Assembly: GCA_951406725.2 (NCBI GenBank)
Contig: OX597815.1
Span: 41,664,001-41,728,000, forward strand
Source: Octopus vulgaris
Taxonomy: Eukaryota
DNA: 64,000 nt
Direction of reading: 5' to 3'
Part shown: positions 50,986 to 64,000 of the stretch, piece by piece
Layout: every line of letters starts with the position of its first letter
Position numbering within the stretch: position 1 is the first letter of the stretch
Translations under genes and position numbers: made by a program
The notes under the pieces: generated by a model
The model's database searches: none
The model's input: the letters and a program-made list of their open reading frames with translations, nothing else
Told to the model about the DNA's origin: nothing

Positions 50986-51188
50986 TATTTATAAAATGAT
51001 AATCTAGTTATTCTGTTTATATAAAGCAATTTTAGAATCACAAACAGTAGTTTATAGAAATTTCATTTTGAAATCTATTTATTTTTTGTTATTCTGCTGT
51101 CTGAATCCAAGAAGACAAAACTCATAACACTGAAGCAACATATAACAGATTCAAAAAGAGGTAAAGAATGAAGTGATTAAGAGCTTAC

Positions 51189-51322
51189 AAAGAACTGCAT
51201 TTGAAAGAGGGAGCCATTGACTGCAAATAGCTTGAATATGAACTTTAGGATCAGACCGAGAGTCTCTTGCAGAAATTTTCAGATTTAATGAATTTACAAT
51301 CTTTGCAATCATTTCTTTGTCT
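51189..51322 (-). CDS. EFL1: EFL1 exon ([12 protein letters not shown]...[15 protein letters not shown]), 134 nt
   Basis: cttcag|A...CTTT|gtaagc. QWLPLS motif; phases join both neighbours. Confidence 0.92.
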
Positions 51323-52483
51323 CTGAAGAGAAAAAATAGATAAAATATACTTCGGTATTTAATTGAATGCCTGAAGATTACAAAAAAAAATTAAGATTTT
51401 AATAATGATATTGCACCCCAAATTTTCCAGCTAAATGCTTTATTATAAAAGAGCTGGGAGAATATTAATAATAACTAAATAAGTAGTTAAATAACTAAGC
51501 TGATCAAAATTTGTCATTCTTTTCAACAGTATGGCTACCAACTGAGTCTAATGAATTTACATTTTAGGAGTTAGAAGAAATTAATAACAAAGATAAAGAA
51601 TTTTTGTATCAGATAGCCCAATGATAATAATGGTAGCCAAAACTTCGAAAATGTGTTAAACTTCAAGAAAGACACTTGAATATGAAAATCTTTCTCTTTT
51701 AGGAATATGGAATTTTATTTAAGAAACACTTATACATTTGTACATCATTTTGTTCATGCTAATAGCTGCATAAAAAGCACCCAATACACACTGTAAAGTG
51801 GTTGGCATTAGGAAGGCCATCCAGCCATAGAAACCATGCTAAAGCAGATATTAGAGACTATTGCAGTTGTTTGGCTTGCCAGCTCCTGTCAAACCATCCA
51901 ACCTTTACCAGCATGGAAAATGGATGTTAAATGATGAGTTATGCATCTCTGGAAATTTGCACGAAGTGTGAATTAGTGCAGGATATTTTATCTTAATATT
52001 GATTTCAAATTCTGGCACAAGGCCAACAATTTTGGGAAAGAAGTAAACCAATTACAGACTCCAGTGTTCAACTGGTACTTATGTTATCGACCCCCTAAAA
52101 GATGAAATGCAAAGCTGACCTCAGTGGAATTTGAACTCAGAAAGTAAAGACAAACGAAATACCGCTAAGCATTTTGCCTGGTATGCTAACAATTCTGCCA
52201 GCTCGCCTATGTTACTTTATCTAATATTAATTACAATGAAGTGATTACGATATATACATAGTTCAACAGAATGACATATAAATAGAATATAAAAATTAAA
52301 AGCAATAGTAAACTGTTAACTAAACTACATTCATTAGCACATGAGTTGATATTACCTCCACCCAAGCTGCTCTAAACATATCACTTGTGAAAGTTCATTG
52401 AAACACTTTCATTGTCAGAGTAATTGTAATTGCTTCACTAAGCATGAAAAATATTATGTGATTTATTCACAGGGAAAACTTAC

Positions 52484-52563
52484 TTTTTAATCATTACAGC
52501 TTGATACACAGCCCAGATGTTATCGAGGACAAACTGAACAAATAAGGGTTTTTTATTTTTAGC
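52484..52563 (-). CDS. EFL1: EFL1 exon (AKNKKPLFVQFVLDNIWAVYQAVMIK), 80 nt
   Basis: cttcag|GCT...AAAAA|gtaagt. KKPLFVQ motif. Confidence 0.92.
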
Positions 52564-52885
52564 CTGAAGAAAAAAAACACATTTTTATAAATTTTTACCA
52601 AACCAACAACTCATATAAAATCATATTTAAAAAGAAAAAAAAAGCCAAAATAGGAATCTATGATATTAAAAAATTATTTCCCAACTTGTGGATCACTTTT
52701 GAATGTTGTCTTTTCTCAGGATTCAAAAGCTCCAATTCTTTGGAAACTGCAGTCTTAATTAAGACCTTGTCAACAGATCAATAGATATCATTTGATTATT
52801 TTTCCTGATAAATAGCGTTAAATAATTCAACCTAAATAAATCGTGTCAACCATTCCGCTCTGAGCCAACAAAAGAGCCTCTACAT

Positions 52886-53031
52886 CAGGCATGGGCAACC
52901 TTTTTCATGTGGTAGGCTGTATGAGACATCTTATCATCAGGGAAGCTGCATTACTAAAAATTTATTCACGGTAATCTTTCATTTGGCATGCCATTCACAC
53001 AGTCCCACAGGCTGCAGTTTGCCCATGACTG
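52886..53031. mobile_element. hAT-like MITE (second copy 9753-9911)
   Basis: TIR caggcatgggcaa / ttgcccatgactg; partial 8-bp TSD ctctacat/ctctaacc. Confidence 0.6.
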
Positions 53032-53497
53032 CTCTAACCATTGCTCAGCCTGCATGAAATAACAACCAGATGACCCTCAGATCATCGCTTACCAAAATAA
53101 TTAAGGAAAGAACACATCAGATGATGTAGTTCATGACTGAAATGCTCTTCGCCAACAAGTTTGTTTGATCAGAGGTAATCTTGGATTAACCCTTTAGCAT
53201 TTAAATTTATCTGTCAAATGTAATGCTTATTCATTCATATTGTTTTGAATTAATAATACATTATCTCATAGCTTTGAGATTTAGATGTGATTGTTTATTT
53301 TTAGAATGACATTGCAGGATAGGTGTGAGAGACTGGATCTGGCCAGTTTGAACATAAAACAAGGTAGATCATTTGGGCCAGATACAGCCTGAACAACAAT
53401 CACTTTCCATTATTCTCACTCAATAAGTAGACATTGAAATTCTACCATTCCAATTTGGGATAAAAATACTTATAAGAATAAAAAAGAAAACACTCAC

Positions 53498-53621
53498 TTG
53501 TGCGCCTTTCATTATTCTTTTGGCTTTTGAATTAAGATAATAGTCTCCCCACAGTGTCTTGTTTAGAACTGCAGTACTGATACCTAGCTTTTCTGAATAC
53601 ATATCAACAAAGTGACTGATG
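53498..53621 (-). CDS. EFL1: EFL1 exon ([13 protein letters not shown]...KTLWGDYY...KGAQ), 124 nt
   Basis: tctctag|C...CAA|gtgagt. LWGDYY motif. Confidence 0.93.
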
Positions 53622-54108
53622 CTAGAGAAAAAAGACAAAAAACAATCATAATAAATTTAACAGCCATACATATTTATATGCAGATACTTTGTATTGGGTT
53701 GTTGAATTAGCTATCAAGAAATAAAAATTAACTAATATTCTTTGGGAATGTTACTATCACAGAGTAAAATATGAAATTTAATAATAAAAAATATTTTGAT
53801 GTCTTTTTTTTTTTTTTTTTTTTCAATGAGAGAGATAGTAAGAAACTCTAAGGAGAGCTGAACAGCAGAATTCTTCAGAGAAGTCGTCCCCCACCCTCAT
53901 GCAAGTGTTTCAGCCTTTAACACTTTAAAGGGACTGGGCTGCATCCAGATCATAGCTCCTGGAAACCACTCAGTTGCAGCCTCCCTTAGGTGGTTAAGGT
54001 GCCACACAAACAAGGTACCTTGGGTGTTGTAACCAGTTCAGTCACAAGTTGACTGTAAGGTAAATCATACTTTTTGAAATTCTATGAATGAATGTTGAGA
54101 AAACTTAC

Positions 54109-54227
54109 CTGAAACCCCAGCCATCCAAGGCACTAGCAAATATCACATTGCCTTGGTCTGGGGAAAAGTAGATGTTGGAGTCATCACCTTCTTCCTCTAA
54201 TATCATGTTCAAGTCAGCTGACCAACT
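54109..54227 (-). CDS. EFL1: EFL1 exon (SWSADL...[25 protein letters not shown]), 119 nt
   Basis: ttatag|AGT...TTCAG|gtaagt. G5-region FSP..GNV.FASA.DGWGF motif. Confidence 0.9.
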
Positions 54228-55395
54228 CTATAATGTATATAATGTATTCAAAAATTTAAAAAATGAAATATGTGACAACCAAGTAGTTTTTGCAGTCAAA
54301 TGAAAATTGCCATTGCTGCAGCTAACATTGTTTTACATCAGCTTAAGGATAAAATGCTTAGTTTAATTTCTTCCATCTCTTTATGTTCTGAGTTCAAATC
54401 TCACCAAGGTCAACTTTGCTTTTCCTCCTTATGGGGGTTGATAAAATTAAATACCGGGGACGTACTAAGGTCAGTGGTATTGACTACCCCGACTTCTACA
54501 ATTCTACCTCTGTGCCAAAAATTGAAACCATTATTTTACATCTTTTTATGCCGGTTTAGGTTGGATCCAAGTAATTTCATATTTAGAGTCACTAACCTCT
54601 TAAATGGGTCAGAGGACTTCATGTCATTTGTACAATATCATTTTTGGCTTAGTTTCAACCCCATTCTTAGAGCCACTACTTTACTGAAGCATTGGGTACA
54701 TTTTATCATTGTACCAGCACTAAAGAGGTTACCATGTTCTCAGCAACACTAAAAGGGTCCACTCGACTAAGTTATCTCAGCTTGTTTGCCAACATCTTTA
54801 CAGAGTAGTTAGATCAATGGTTAGAAACCATTAAAATCAGTATTACCTTGATACAATTTTAGGCCTTTCATCTGTAAAACTTAGATTTTTAAAAATAATA
54901 CTACAAGAAATTACATTGTAGTAGAGTGATGACAAAATGTTTTGTGGTGTCTAATACCTCCTCTTACACCAAGTTCAAATCCTGCAAAGACTGATTTATT
55001 TTCCCTCCACCTGAAACCCTATTTAATTAAGTATTAATAATAAATTGAATTGACTATAGCACTCACATAGATTTCATACTTTTATTGAATCCAGTCACTG
55101 AACTGTGACCAAGCTGGCAATGCCTCATTGCATCAGGCTCAGTACTAATTTTATCAGCCATGGAAGGATAAATGGTAAATAGATCTAGGTGGAATTTCAA
55201 CTCAGAATGTAAAAACATGCACTACAAGGTATTTTATCCAATACCTACTTTTTCTGCCAACTAACCATCATATCCTTTACTTTTAGCTTATGTATTTCTT
55301 TGGCTTCATTTAAATATTTGAAATACTTTTCCCCTTATTTGCAGATATACTTCAACCCTACACCTAAAAATGGAAAATTTTGAAATTATATTTAC

Positions 55396-55425
55396 CTCCG
55401 AGTCTTCACTTGCATTAAGTGGCAT
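55396..55425 (-). CDS. EFL1: Candidate EFL1 micro-exon (MPLNASEDSE), 30 nt
   Basis: ttttgtag|ATG...GAG|gtaaat. Open frame, phase 0/0, fits the acidic linker between flanking exons. Confidence 0.6.
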
Positions 55426-56258
55426 CTACAAAATTTTAAAATATGGTAGAAGTTATTTTCTTTTCTTGTTTTCAGAAAATTTTCCTAACTTTTATTTAAA
55501 GCCAATCCATTAAAAAAAAAGTTAATATTTATGACATTATGGGGAAGCTGTGAGAAGTCCAGATCAAGCCAGTTTGAACATTAAAACAGTTTGGGCTGGA
55601 TATGGCTGGTTTGAACGGTAAAGGGTTAAATAAAAGGGGTTCTTAGTAGTGAAAAGATTGGAAACCAATGAATTACAGTTATTCTGTTCAAGAAAAACAG
55701 ATCAATATTTTGTAATTAATTTGTTATTGAAGTTTCATTAATAATTCCATCTCTGTGTAAGCTAAACATATGATAGAATTTGAACAGCATTACAAGTTAA
55801 AGAAATTCACATTTACTAATACTAAAAGCACATGCTGCTGATGATTAACCCTAATTAGTTACAGTTAGGTAGATTAATCTGGGATTCACACTCAACATGC
55901 AGCATATACTCTAATATGCAATTGGAGTGTATCATGGATACTTATCGACATTTTACCTACGGTAATAACAGAAGGCTATGTTATATTGCAGAGGGATGGT
56001 AACATTTGTATAATGATTTCATTAAAGCATCAATGGCTGATATCTAGAAACCAATTTAGAAAATTTCAGAGGTATACTTGCCAAGCAAGTTATTTGATCT
56101 GAGATTATGTGTCAAAACTATGTTGAAAACATTTTCTAAAATATGATACTTCATAAAATAAATATATATCAAAACTAAACTGAACTAATATTGAAGACAA
56201 TCTTAAATGCTAATTTCAAAATAAAAACACATTCTTAAAGTTTATAAAAATTACTTAC

Positions 56259-56315
56259 ATTGGAACTTTTCTCCATCCATTCAGAAGTAAACAATTCACT
56301 GGTTAAAACATTGAT
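56259..56315 (-). CDS. EFL1: EFL1 exon (INVLTSELFTSEWMEKSSN), 57 nt
   Basis: ttttatgtag|ATC...AAT|gtaagt. Phase 0/0; matches the INxxxxxLFTS segment of EFL1. Confidence 0.85.
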
Positions 56316-57254
56316 CTACATAAAAAAAAAGTAAGTTTCTTTAGAAGCAAAACCAAGAACAGAAATTTTCTAAAATGTTAATTGTATTTCCATAAATAAT
56401 ATTCAGATATTTTCTATTCTAAATAGTAAATATATAATGTTTATCATTATATTTTATTATGTTATCTTTCAATTTGAGGATCAGTGGTCTACAAAAGTTT
56501 GGATTTTCCAATGTATTTACACAATTTACTAACCTGCACATCTTTAAACTGTACATTAAGCTTCATTTCATAAAACTAATGTTCAATTCTTCACCTTCTT
56601 GTAAAGAGTTTGCTCTGGCACTCCCCTGCCCATCCTTATATAATGTGTGGTAGCCATGTATCTCCTCTACAGTAAGACACCTATGTTTGTCTCTCTTGTA
56701 CTTTAATCCTTCAACACTTGGCATTAAGCCATCTCCCAGCTCAAATAACCACTATCACCACCACATAGTTGCTGGAGCTTTTTCCTTTCTCTTTTCCCAT
56801 CTTGCAAGCTACTTGGTAACCTCACTGTAGGAACCATGGCAAAGCTGACACAGGATCTCAGAGCAGCCCTAAGGCTTACCAGATCCTGTCAAACAGTCCA
56901 ACACATGCTAGCATGTAAAACAGACATTAAATGATAATGACAACCAGACCAATCTCAACCCTTAATGATCTACAAGCACTCTCACCTCCCAACTTAGACA
57001 CAATAACAAAATAAAAAACACTAATATTTATCTTTGATGTTTTTATTTGTTGTTTCAGTCATTAGGCTGCAGCCATGGTGGGACACCACCTCCAAAAATA
57101 TTTTTTAGTCGAATGAATCAACCCCAGTACATATTTTTTTTAAAGCCTGGTGCTTATTCTATCAGACCCTTATGCTGAACTACTAAGTTACAGGGACATA
57201 AACAAACCAGCACCAGTTGTCAAGTGGTGGTGGGGAACAGACACACACACACAG

Positions 57255-58377
57255 GTGTCCAGGTCAAGTACTGCCTCATTCTAAACAGCGTTATTGAACG
57301 TGGCAATTTCCGCTGAGGTTTGCCTTTGAATCCTTTGTGGGACGTCCTCTGCCATACTGGTTTTTATGGGTCGCCCAAAGCTTGAGTGGTTCACCCAAGC
57401 CACAGGTCATCAACATGATAGAAAATAACTGGAGCAGTAGACTTGGTGCTCTGCTGACTGCTGCTTTCTCCAGTGTGTGGTCCCCGTGAACATTGTCCTC
57501 CAGTAGTCCAGGTTTGACGCAGGCTTCTCTGTAGGTCATGCAAACTTCCCCATTGTGTCTTCGAAGGTCTGACAGTGTGCAGCAGTAGACGCAGAAAGAA
57601 GTACTTCTGCTGATTAGGGAGCACAGTGTACACCTACCCAGTGGCCTCACTTCTGATAACAGCATGTCCTTCCCCAGTCCTCAACAAGTGATCCTTACTT
57701 GTGTTTGGCCCATCTATTGTGTGCACTGATATAGTACACAGGAACCTCAACATACAACAGTGTTCAGGCAAACAGATGACATTGGCATAATTTGAAGAAA
57801 GCTCTCAAAGTGGTTTCTGGTAGATTCAGAAATATGTTTCGAGCATGGTCTTCTGTGAAATATACATGCTGGCCATTTTCAAGATGTACAGATAGATTCA
57901 CCACTGCTGGATGCCACTCGTGGATTTCGAAGATCAGAATGTGCCACTTTGCCTCGTTAGAGGAAATATACCTGCCCACCTTATATTACTGGATTTCATC
58001 TGCCTACCTGCCCTCCTATTCTCCAAAAACCACCATATCTGAGCCCTTATTGATGTATTTACATACATATTTAATACTTTTTGACCGGCACGATCTACCT
58101 ATTGTCAATTTCTATTCCTTGACCATTAACTTTGAGCTTGTTAGTGTTTCTACCATCTTGTGGTTTTCGGCGCCTGTAAAGTGAGTAACCGTCATGTCTC
58201 GTACGCGTCCCGTGGAATTTCCCTGGGGAACCATTTGATGCAAAGGAAATTGAATGGGTTATCTCCCTTGGCTAGGAAAATGAATGGGTTATTTCCCTTG
58301 GTTGTTAAAGTACTCTCCCTATAATATGTGTGTGTGTGTGTGAACTCTTTTAGGGGCCCTAGCCATCTAATTATAGA
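57255..58377 (-). mobile_element. Decayed Helitron (Rep-helicase fragment plus probable 5' end)
   Basis: Frameshifted peptides KYVCKYINKGSD, GRYISSNEAKW..HP.V..LSVHLENGQ, MYTV.P....FFLRLLL and TYREAC..GLLEDN are typical of the Helitron Rep-Hel region. a|TCtataat at 58377 fits a Helitron 5' terminus. Confidence 0.85.
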
Positions 58378-58741
58378 TTTTTATTAAACTTCAATGAGTC
58401 TAGTAACAAACTGGATATTACTTCAACATGTTTGCGAAGTTTCACGAAAATTCGTTAAAGGATGTAGACAACAACTTGACACAAACAGACAACTTGCATT
58501 TATATATGTATAGACTTGACGAGTTTCTTTCAGTTTCTGTCCACCAAATCCACCCACAAGGCTTTGGACAGACCATAGCAAAAGACACTTGCCCAAGGTA
58601 CCCCACAGTAGGACTGAATCCAGAACTACGTGGTTGAGATGCAAGCATCTTACCACACCACCACACCTGCACCTATTTGAAACATTCAAGATATGAATTC
58701 TATCAGGAGTTAGAGACGTTATTAAAAGCAGAGAAACTTAC

Positions 58742-58879
58742 ATGTTCCAGAATCTGCCGAAGATGTAAATATGCCTCTTGAGGTTCCATGTGGAGTTCAA
58801 GTATCAGTCGATCAATTTTATTGAGCAACAACACTGGTTTAATACCTTCCTGCCAGGCTTGCCGTAACACAGCATGAGT
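58742..58879 (-). CDS. EFL1: EFL1 exon ([29 protein letters not shown]...LEH), 138 nt
   Basis: ctttag|ACT...CAT|gtaagt. G4 motif NKID. Confidence 0.94.
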
Positions 58880-60437
58880 CTAAAGAAGTAAATTAGAGCA
58901 ACAACACAATGAGTATTATAATGAGATCTAGTAAAGACAATATTCTAACTTGTTCAGAGATTCATTTATATAACTTCTGAAACTAATTTAAATAAACTAA
59001 CTAAATGTATTTTTTCCAGCTTCAACCCTTTAGCATTTAGATTATTGTTGAATGCAATGCTCATTTATTCACATTGTTTTAAATTAATCATGCATTATCT
59101 CACTGATTTGAGATTTTGATGACACAGTTTTTTATTTTTACAACATTGTAGGGTAAGTGTGAGAGGTCAGATCGGACAAGTTTGAACAAAAATAGAATAT
59201 AAGGCAAGTTTAAATGCTATGGAGTTTATAGTGACTATTAAAGCAAGAATGAGAGATATATACATAGACTGAACATCATCCAAGGTACAGTTATTGCTTG
59301 GCGAAAATCATAACCTTAGATGGCAAAGATTAAATTTATATTTAGAATATCAGTCCTATTTATCCACTCTACAACCATACAATATTACAGAGAGCAAGCT
59401 TTGCTTTACTTTACATTAACTTCTATGTAATATTGGTGTCAGGCCAGCAAATCTAGGAGAGGGGACAAGTTGATTACATCAACCCCAATGTTTCCTTCTC
59501 AAGCCATGTCATGCTCATAAGGGCCGGTTTCCCGGTTTCAGTGGCGTAGAAATTCCTCACCTGGACGGGACGCCAGTCCATCGAAGCGTTACTCATATTT
59601 GCCAGCTGAGTGGACTGGAGCAACGTGAAATGAAGTGTTTTGCTCAAGAATACAAGACATCGCCCGGTCCAGGAATCTAAACCACAACCTTACAATCACG
59701 AGTTCAACACCCTAACCACTAAGCCACGCACCTCCACAACCCCAGTGTCCTATAGTTACATATATTATTGATCCCAAAAGGACGGAAGGCAAGTCTGACC
59801 TCAGCAGAATTTGAACTCAGAATATACAGTCTGAAGAAATGGTGTTAAGCATTTTGTCCAACATGCAAACAATTCTGCCTGCTCACCACCTTCAACTTCT
59901 ATGTAATAATATTCTGCAATAAATTTTCCTTACAAAATCTATCAGCTGTTTAAACCACTTGAATATAATTCATGATTCTATTTACTTTATATAGTAATTA
60001 GTGAAAAGAGCATTGTTGGTTACAGATCTTCAAGAAATCAACCACAAATTCTCTGGATTTCTAATAGTGAGAGTAATATGGAACTATTTGTTAACTTGAT
60101 GCAGAACAAATATCTCAAAGGGCTTCATTTGTGAAACACCAGCTTTTCAGTTTTCTCACTCATTTTTATATCCTTCACTGGTATACATCACCAAAGGATA
60201 TACATATGAACTTCAGCACAGAATTCCACTAAGAAATTACTAATAAACACAAATACATGGTAGAAAGAAGAGATATGCCCAAAGTAACATGCAGCAGGTT
60301 TGAGCCTGAAATTACTTGGTTGCAAAGAAAACATCTTAACCAAACAACCAAGCCTCACCTGTAAATTTTATAAAGCAGAAAACCATGAAAATGTTTCAAT
60401 ATTTTTGAAACAGAAAGAAAAATTAAAAGATACTGAC

Positions 60438-60571
60438 CTGTGGGCTGACTCCTTCAATGACATCAACAATAATAATAGCACCATCACAAAGACGTACAGC
60501 TGTCGACACTTCACTAGAAAAGTCAACATGTCCAGGAGAGTCAATTAGATTTATCAAATAATCCTCTTGTT
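60438..60571 (-). CDS. EFL1: EFL1 exon ([28 protein letters not shown]...SPQ), 134 nt
   Basis: tttcag|AA...CAG|gtcagt. G3 motif DSPGH. Confidence 0.95.
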
Positions 60572-62341
60572 CTGAAATAAAAGAGAACCCATTTAGTGAC
60601 TTAATTAAAATGAAAACTTTGTCAAGATAAAGAAAAATGATTATCAAATATTTGTGGACAAATCGTTTCCTCAATGTCTGGCTCTCTGTTAGTTATGATA
60701 ACGAGCGTTCTAGTTGATGCTATCAACCGAACAGCCAGCTCACGAAATTAATGTGCAAGTGGCTGAGCATTCCAGACACACATACCCTTTCAGGGAATTC
60801 AGCATGATACAACTCATTTTTGCCAGTTGAGTAACTGGAGCAACAAGAATTAAAGTTTCTTGCCCAAAAACACAACACACTGCTGGGAATTGAATTCACA
60901 ACTTTACTATTGTGAGCCAAATATCCAAGCCACGTGCCTTCACAAATGTGATGAACATAGAATAGCGGTCAATGTGCTTAGACTGAATGCAAGGAAGGTT
61001 AAATGGGTTTGTTTGTTCCTTCTCAAGTCATGCCTGGCTCATAAGGGCCAGTTTTCTGGTTTCCTTGGCATATAGCTTCCCCACCTGGATGGGACGCCGG
61101 TCCGTCGCAGATGAACTGCAAGATGCAGGAGGAAAAAGTAAGAGAAAGTTGTGGCGAAAGAGTCAGCAGAAGTTTGCCATTATCTTCTGCCGGAGCTGCA
61201 TGGAGCTTAGGTGTTTCGCTCATAAACACACACATCGCATTTGAGATTCGAACCCGCGATCCCTCAACCGCGAGTCTGCTGCTCTAACCACTAGGCCATG
61301 TGCCTCCACTAAGGAAGGTCTAAATGAAAAATCATAACTTGGATAAAGAAGATGTGGAAGCCAAAAGGTATTTTGTTCAATAAATATTCCTTGAGGATGA
61401 TGATGAAAGGAAATCTATAGCAGAGGAAAACTAGTTTGATCACTTTAAAGTTTGTTACACTATGACCACAGCCTCTATGCACACCAGTATTTCTCATTGG
61501 ATATGTTACTATAAGAGGTTGTTAAAAGCAGAATATAAACTGGATTGGAAGAACTTAGCCCTAACAGAAACAATAGTGTTGTAACAGTAGAAGTTTTGGG
61601 GCAAGTTGATTACATCAACCCTAGTGTTTCACTGGTACTCATTTTATTGAACCTTAAAAGGATGAAAGGCAAAGTCAATCTCAATGGAATTTGAAGTTAG
61701 TAAGAATATTAATGAGGAAGCGAAGGACATGAAGGCAAAGAAATAACAAATACGTTATAGATTATTGATGCTAAAAGTCTAATGCTGCTGCATGTAGTGA
61801 TTTGATAAGAATTTACTAGTGTATTAAATGCAGGAGGATCTGTGGTACTGACAGGGAACTAAGAGTGATGTGATAAATGATGAATATTTGAGAGTATTCA
61901 GGAAATACCAACTATGGATAGCTCAGCAAATAGTTTCTGGAAACTAGGAACACAATTAGTTCTCTAAATGAAGACATGTGGCTTAGTGGCTAGGCTTGTG
62001 ATCACAAGGTTGTGAGTTCAATTTCCAGCAGTGCATTGTGTCCTCGAGAAAAACACTTTATTTCACATTGCTGCAGTCTACTTAGTTGGCAAAAATGAGT
62101 TGTACCTGTAATTCAATGGGTCAATCTTGTCACATTTTGTGTTGCGCTGAATCTCTCTGAAAACTACTACACATGTCTGTGGAGTGCTCAGCCACTTGCA
62201 CAATTTCACGAGCAGGCTGCTCCGCTGATCAAATCAACTGGAACTCTTATCATAACCAAAGGAGTGCCAGTTAAAGTTCTGGAATTATTATAATAAACTT
62301 TTGTTTTTGTAGTGTATGAAAAGAAAATTAAGTTAACATAC

Positions 62342-62426
62342 CATGTACATAATGTAAAGAAATTGCACTGGACTTCATAGTAATCCCTCGTAACTGTTCA
62401 TCTTCTCTGCTGTCCATGTAACGGAT
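62342..62426 (-). CDS. EFL1: EFL1 exon ([28 protein letters not shown]), 85 nt
   Basis: tttgtag|ATC...CATG|gtatgt. Switch I RGIT motif; translated by hand, not in the ORF track. Confidence 0.93.
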
Positions 62427-63843
62427 CTACAAATTTCAAAACAAAGTTTTATTACTAAAATACAGTGATATTTCTAAAACAAAAATTGTTTTACTGTCAC
62501 CAAATGCATTAAATAGTTTGATACAAAAACTAATTAAAACCAGGATAAAGAAATGCATTTTGGATATTGTGAACTTATTTGTAAGCTAGTTCTTTATTAC
62601 ATTCAGAATATATAAATAAATATAAGACCTGAAGAGAATAGATAATCTCAAAAATAAAAAGACTTGTGATGATATTTTTGTTAAAAATTCAAACACAATC
62701 TATAGATGCAGACATGGCCATGTAGTTGCTTCTCAACTATGCGTTTTCAGGTTCAGTCCCACAGTACAGTACCTTAGGTACTTCTACTATAGCTCTGGGC
62801 CAATGCCTTGTGAGTAGGTTTGGTAGAAATATACCCATGTATATATTTCCCTTCCATCTATCAAAGGAAATACCAGCACACACAATGTCTTGACATCATG
62901 TGATGGTTGTAAGCAAGTGTCACTGTTATACAAGTGATTTTGTTTGTTTCCAGTCCTCCATAAAAAACATGTCTGACCATTGGGAAATATCTTACTTGAA
63001 AACAGGTGAGGGTTAAAGACAGCAACAGCATCAAGCTACAGAAAAATCTGCCTCTGCAAATTCCATCTGACCCATGTAAGCATGGCAAAGTGGTGATGAT
63101 ATTTTGGTTTCAGTTCATACAAGTATACAAGTATAAAATACTCATTTACCAGTTTACCTTTAAAATACCAAAATAAATGTGAAGGCTAAAAGATGTCTTA
63201 ACCTTGAGTAGTTTAGACTCTAAAACGTCTTCACTACAGAGAGCTATTCCGAGATGATGTGGCTTTTAATCATTTACATTTAGATTTACAGAGATGTACT
63301 TGCATAACAAGTGATTTGATCTGAGATCATGCGCTGAAATTCCGAATTTTGTCAGTGAAGGGTCATGGTTTCAAAGCCACAAGAATATTTTGACAAACTA
63401 AATTAAAAATAACATGAATGAATAAGCATTGCATTTTCATATAGATTTCATGACAATTAGAAAAATTAGAAAGTAAGATGATGCATAAACCTATCCAACA
63501 CAGGTCAGAAGAAGATGAATTTTGTTTTTATTTCACAACACTAAGAAGAAGAATATCCTTAGCCTTACCAGTCCAATGCAATTATATTTAAGTTAATACA
63601 TGTAGGGAAAGATGTTGGCTGGAAGAGAATCTCAGAAGGCTGCAGATTTGGGGATAATGGATTAACCATAGAGTTTTGTACAAGGTGTCAATACTGAAAT
63701 GCAACATGAATGTAGGTGCCCTGGGTGGCTTATGGCAGGAGTGGTACACAGCTTGTTAGTTCAGTGGTATGATAGTTGATGGATCGTGAGCAACAACATA
63801 AAACAAGATAAAATTCATGAAAAAAAAACACAGAAATGATTAC

Positions 63844-63911
63844 CTTTCCAGACATCCTCTGGGAAATGATGCCATTACTAGCCACAAGATAATCAGCCAA
63901 GGTAGTCTTTC
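63844..63911 (-). CDS. EFL1: EFL1 exon (G1 P-loop end: GKTTLADYLVASNGIISQRMSGK), 68 nt
   Basis: ttttatag|GA...AAG|gtaatc. EF-2/EFL1 G1 motif; the start exon is outside the window. Confidence 0.92.
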
Positions 63912-64000
63912 CTATAAAAAAATTATACATAATATAGATGGAAAAATGAAGCTACATAACGCAAATATATTTTGTTAATATAAAATAACTGTAAGATTAT

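Noticed and set aside
54300-54752. 150-aa ORF antisense to EFL1
   Set aside because: Composed of SINE B and SINE C remnants.

Overview
AT-rich, microsatellite- and SINE-dense animal DNA. The repeat families and gene structure point to an octopus/coleoid cephalopod; this is inference from recognised repeat types, not a database hit. Two genes lie tail-to-tail. On + is the large last coding exon of chondroitin sulfate synthase (CHSY1-like, 2905-4458). On - is EFL1/EFTUD1 (ribosome-maturation GTPase), with 20 coding exons that I joined by hand with consistent GT-AG sites and phases from 63911 down to the stop at 31601; its first coding exon lies beyond the right edge. The rest is mostly transposon-derived: several tRNA-headed SINE families, decayed mariners, Helitron pieces, piggyBac-/hAT-type MITEs, RTE-LINE remnants and a solo LTR. 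The most notable signals are in two adjacent EFL1 introns at 43-45 kb. One is a near-canonical type I hammerhead ribozyme with a long bulged stem I (44678-44755), inside a ~400-bp hairpin-rich cassette bounded by 20-bp direct repeats (retrozyme-like). The other is a ~390-bp palindrome made of two head-to-head copies of a tRNA-headed element whose tail carries a Penelope-type hammerhead core. A 30-nt in-frame EFL1 micro-exon and many fold-back structures (possible ADAR substrates) are also reported.
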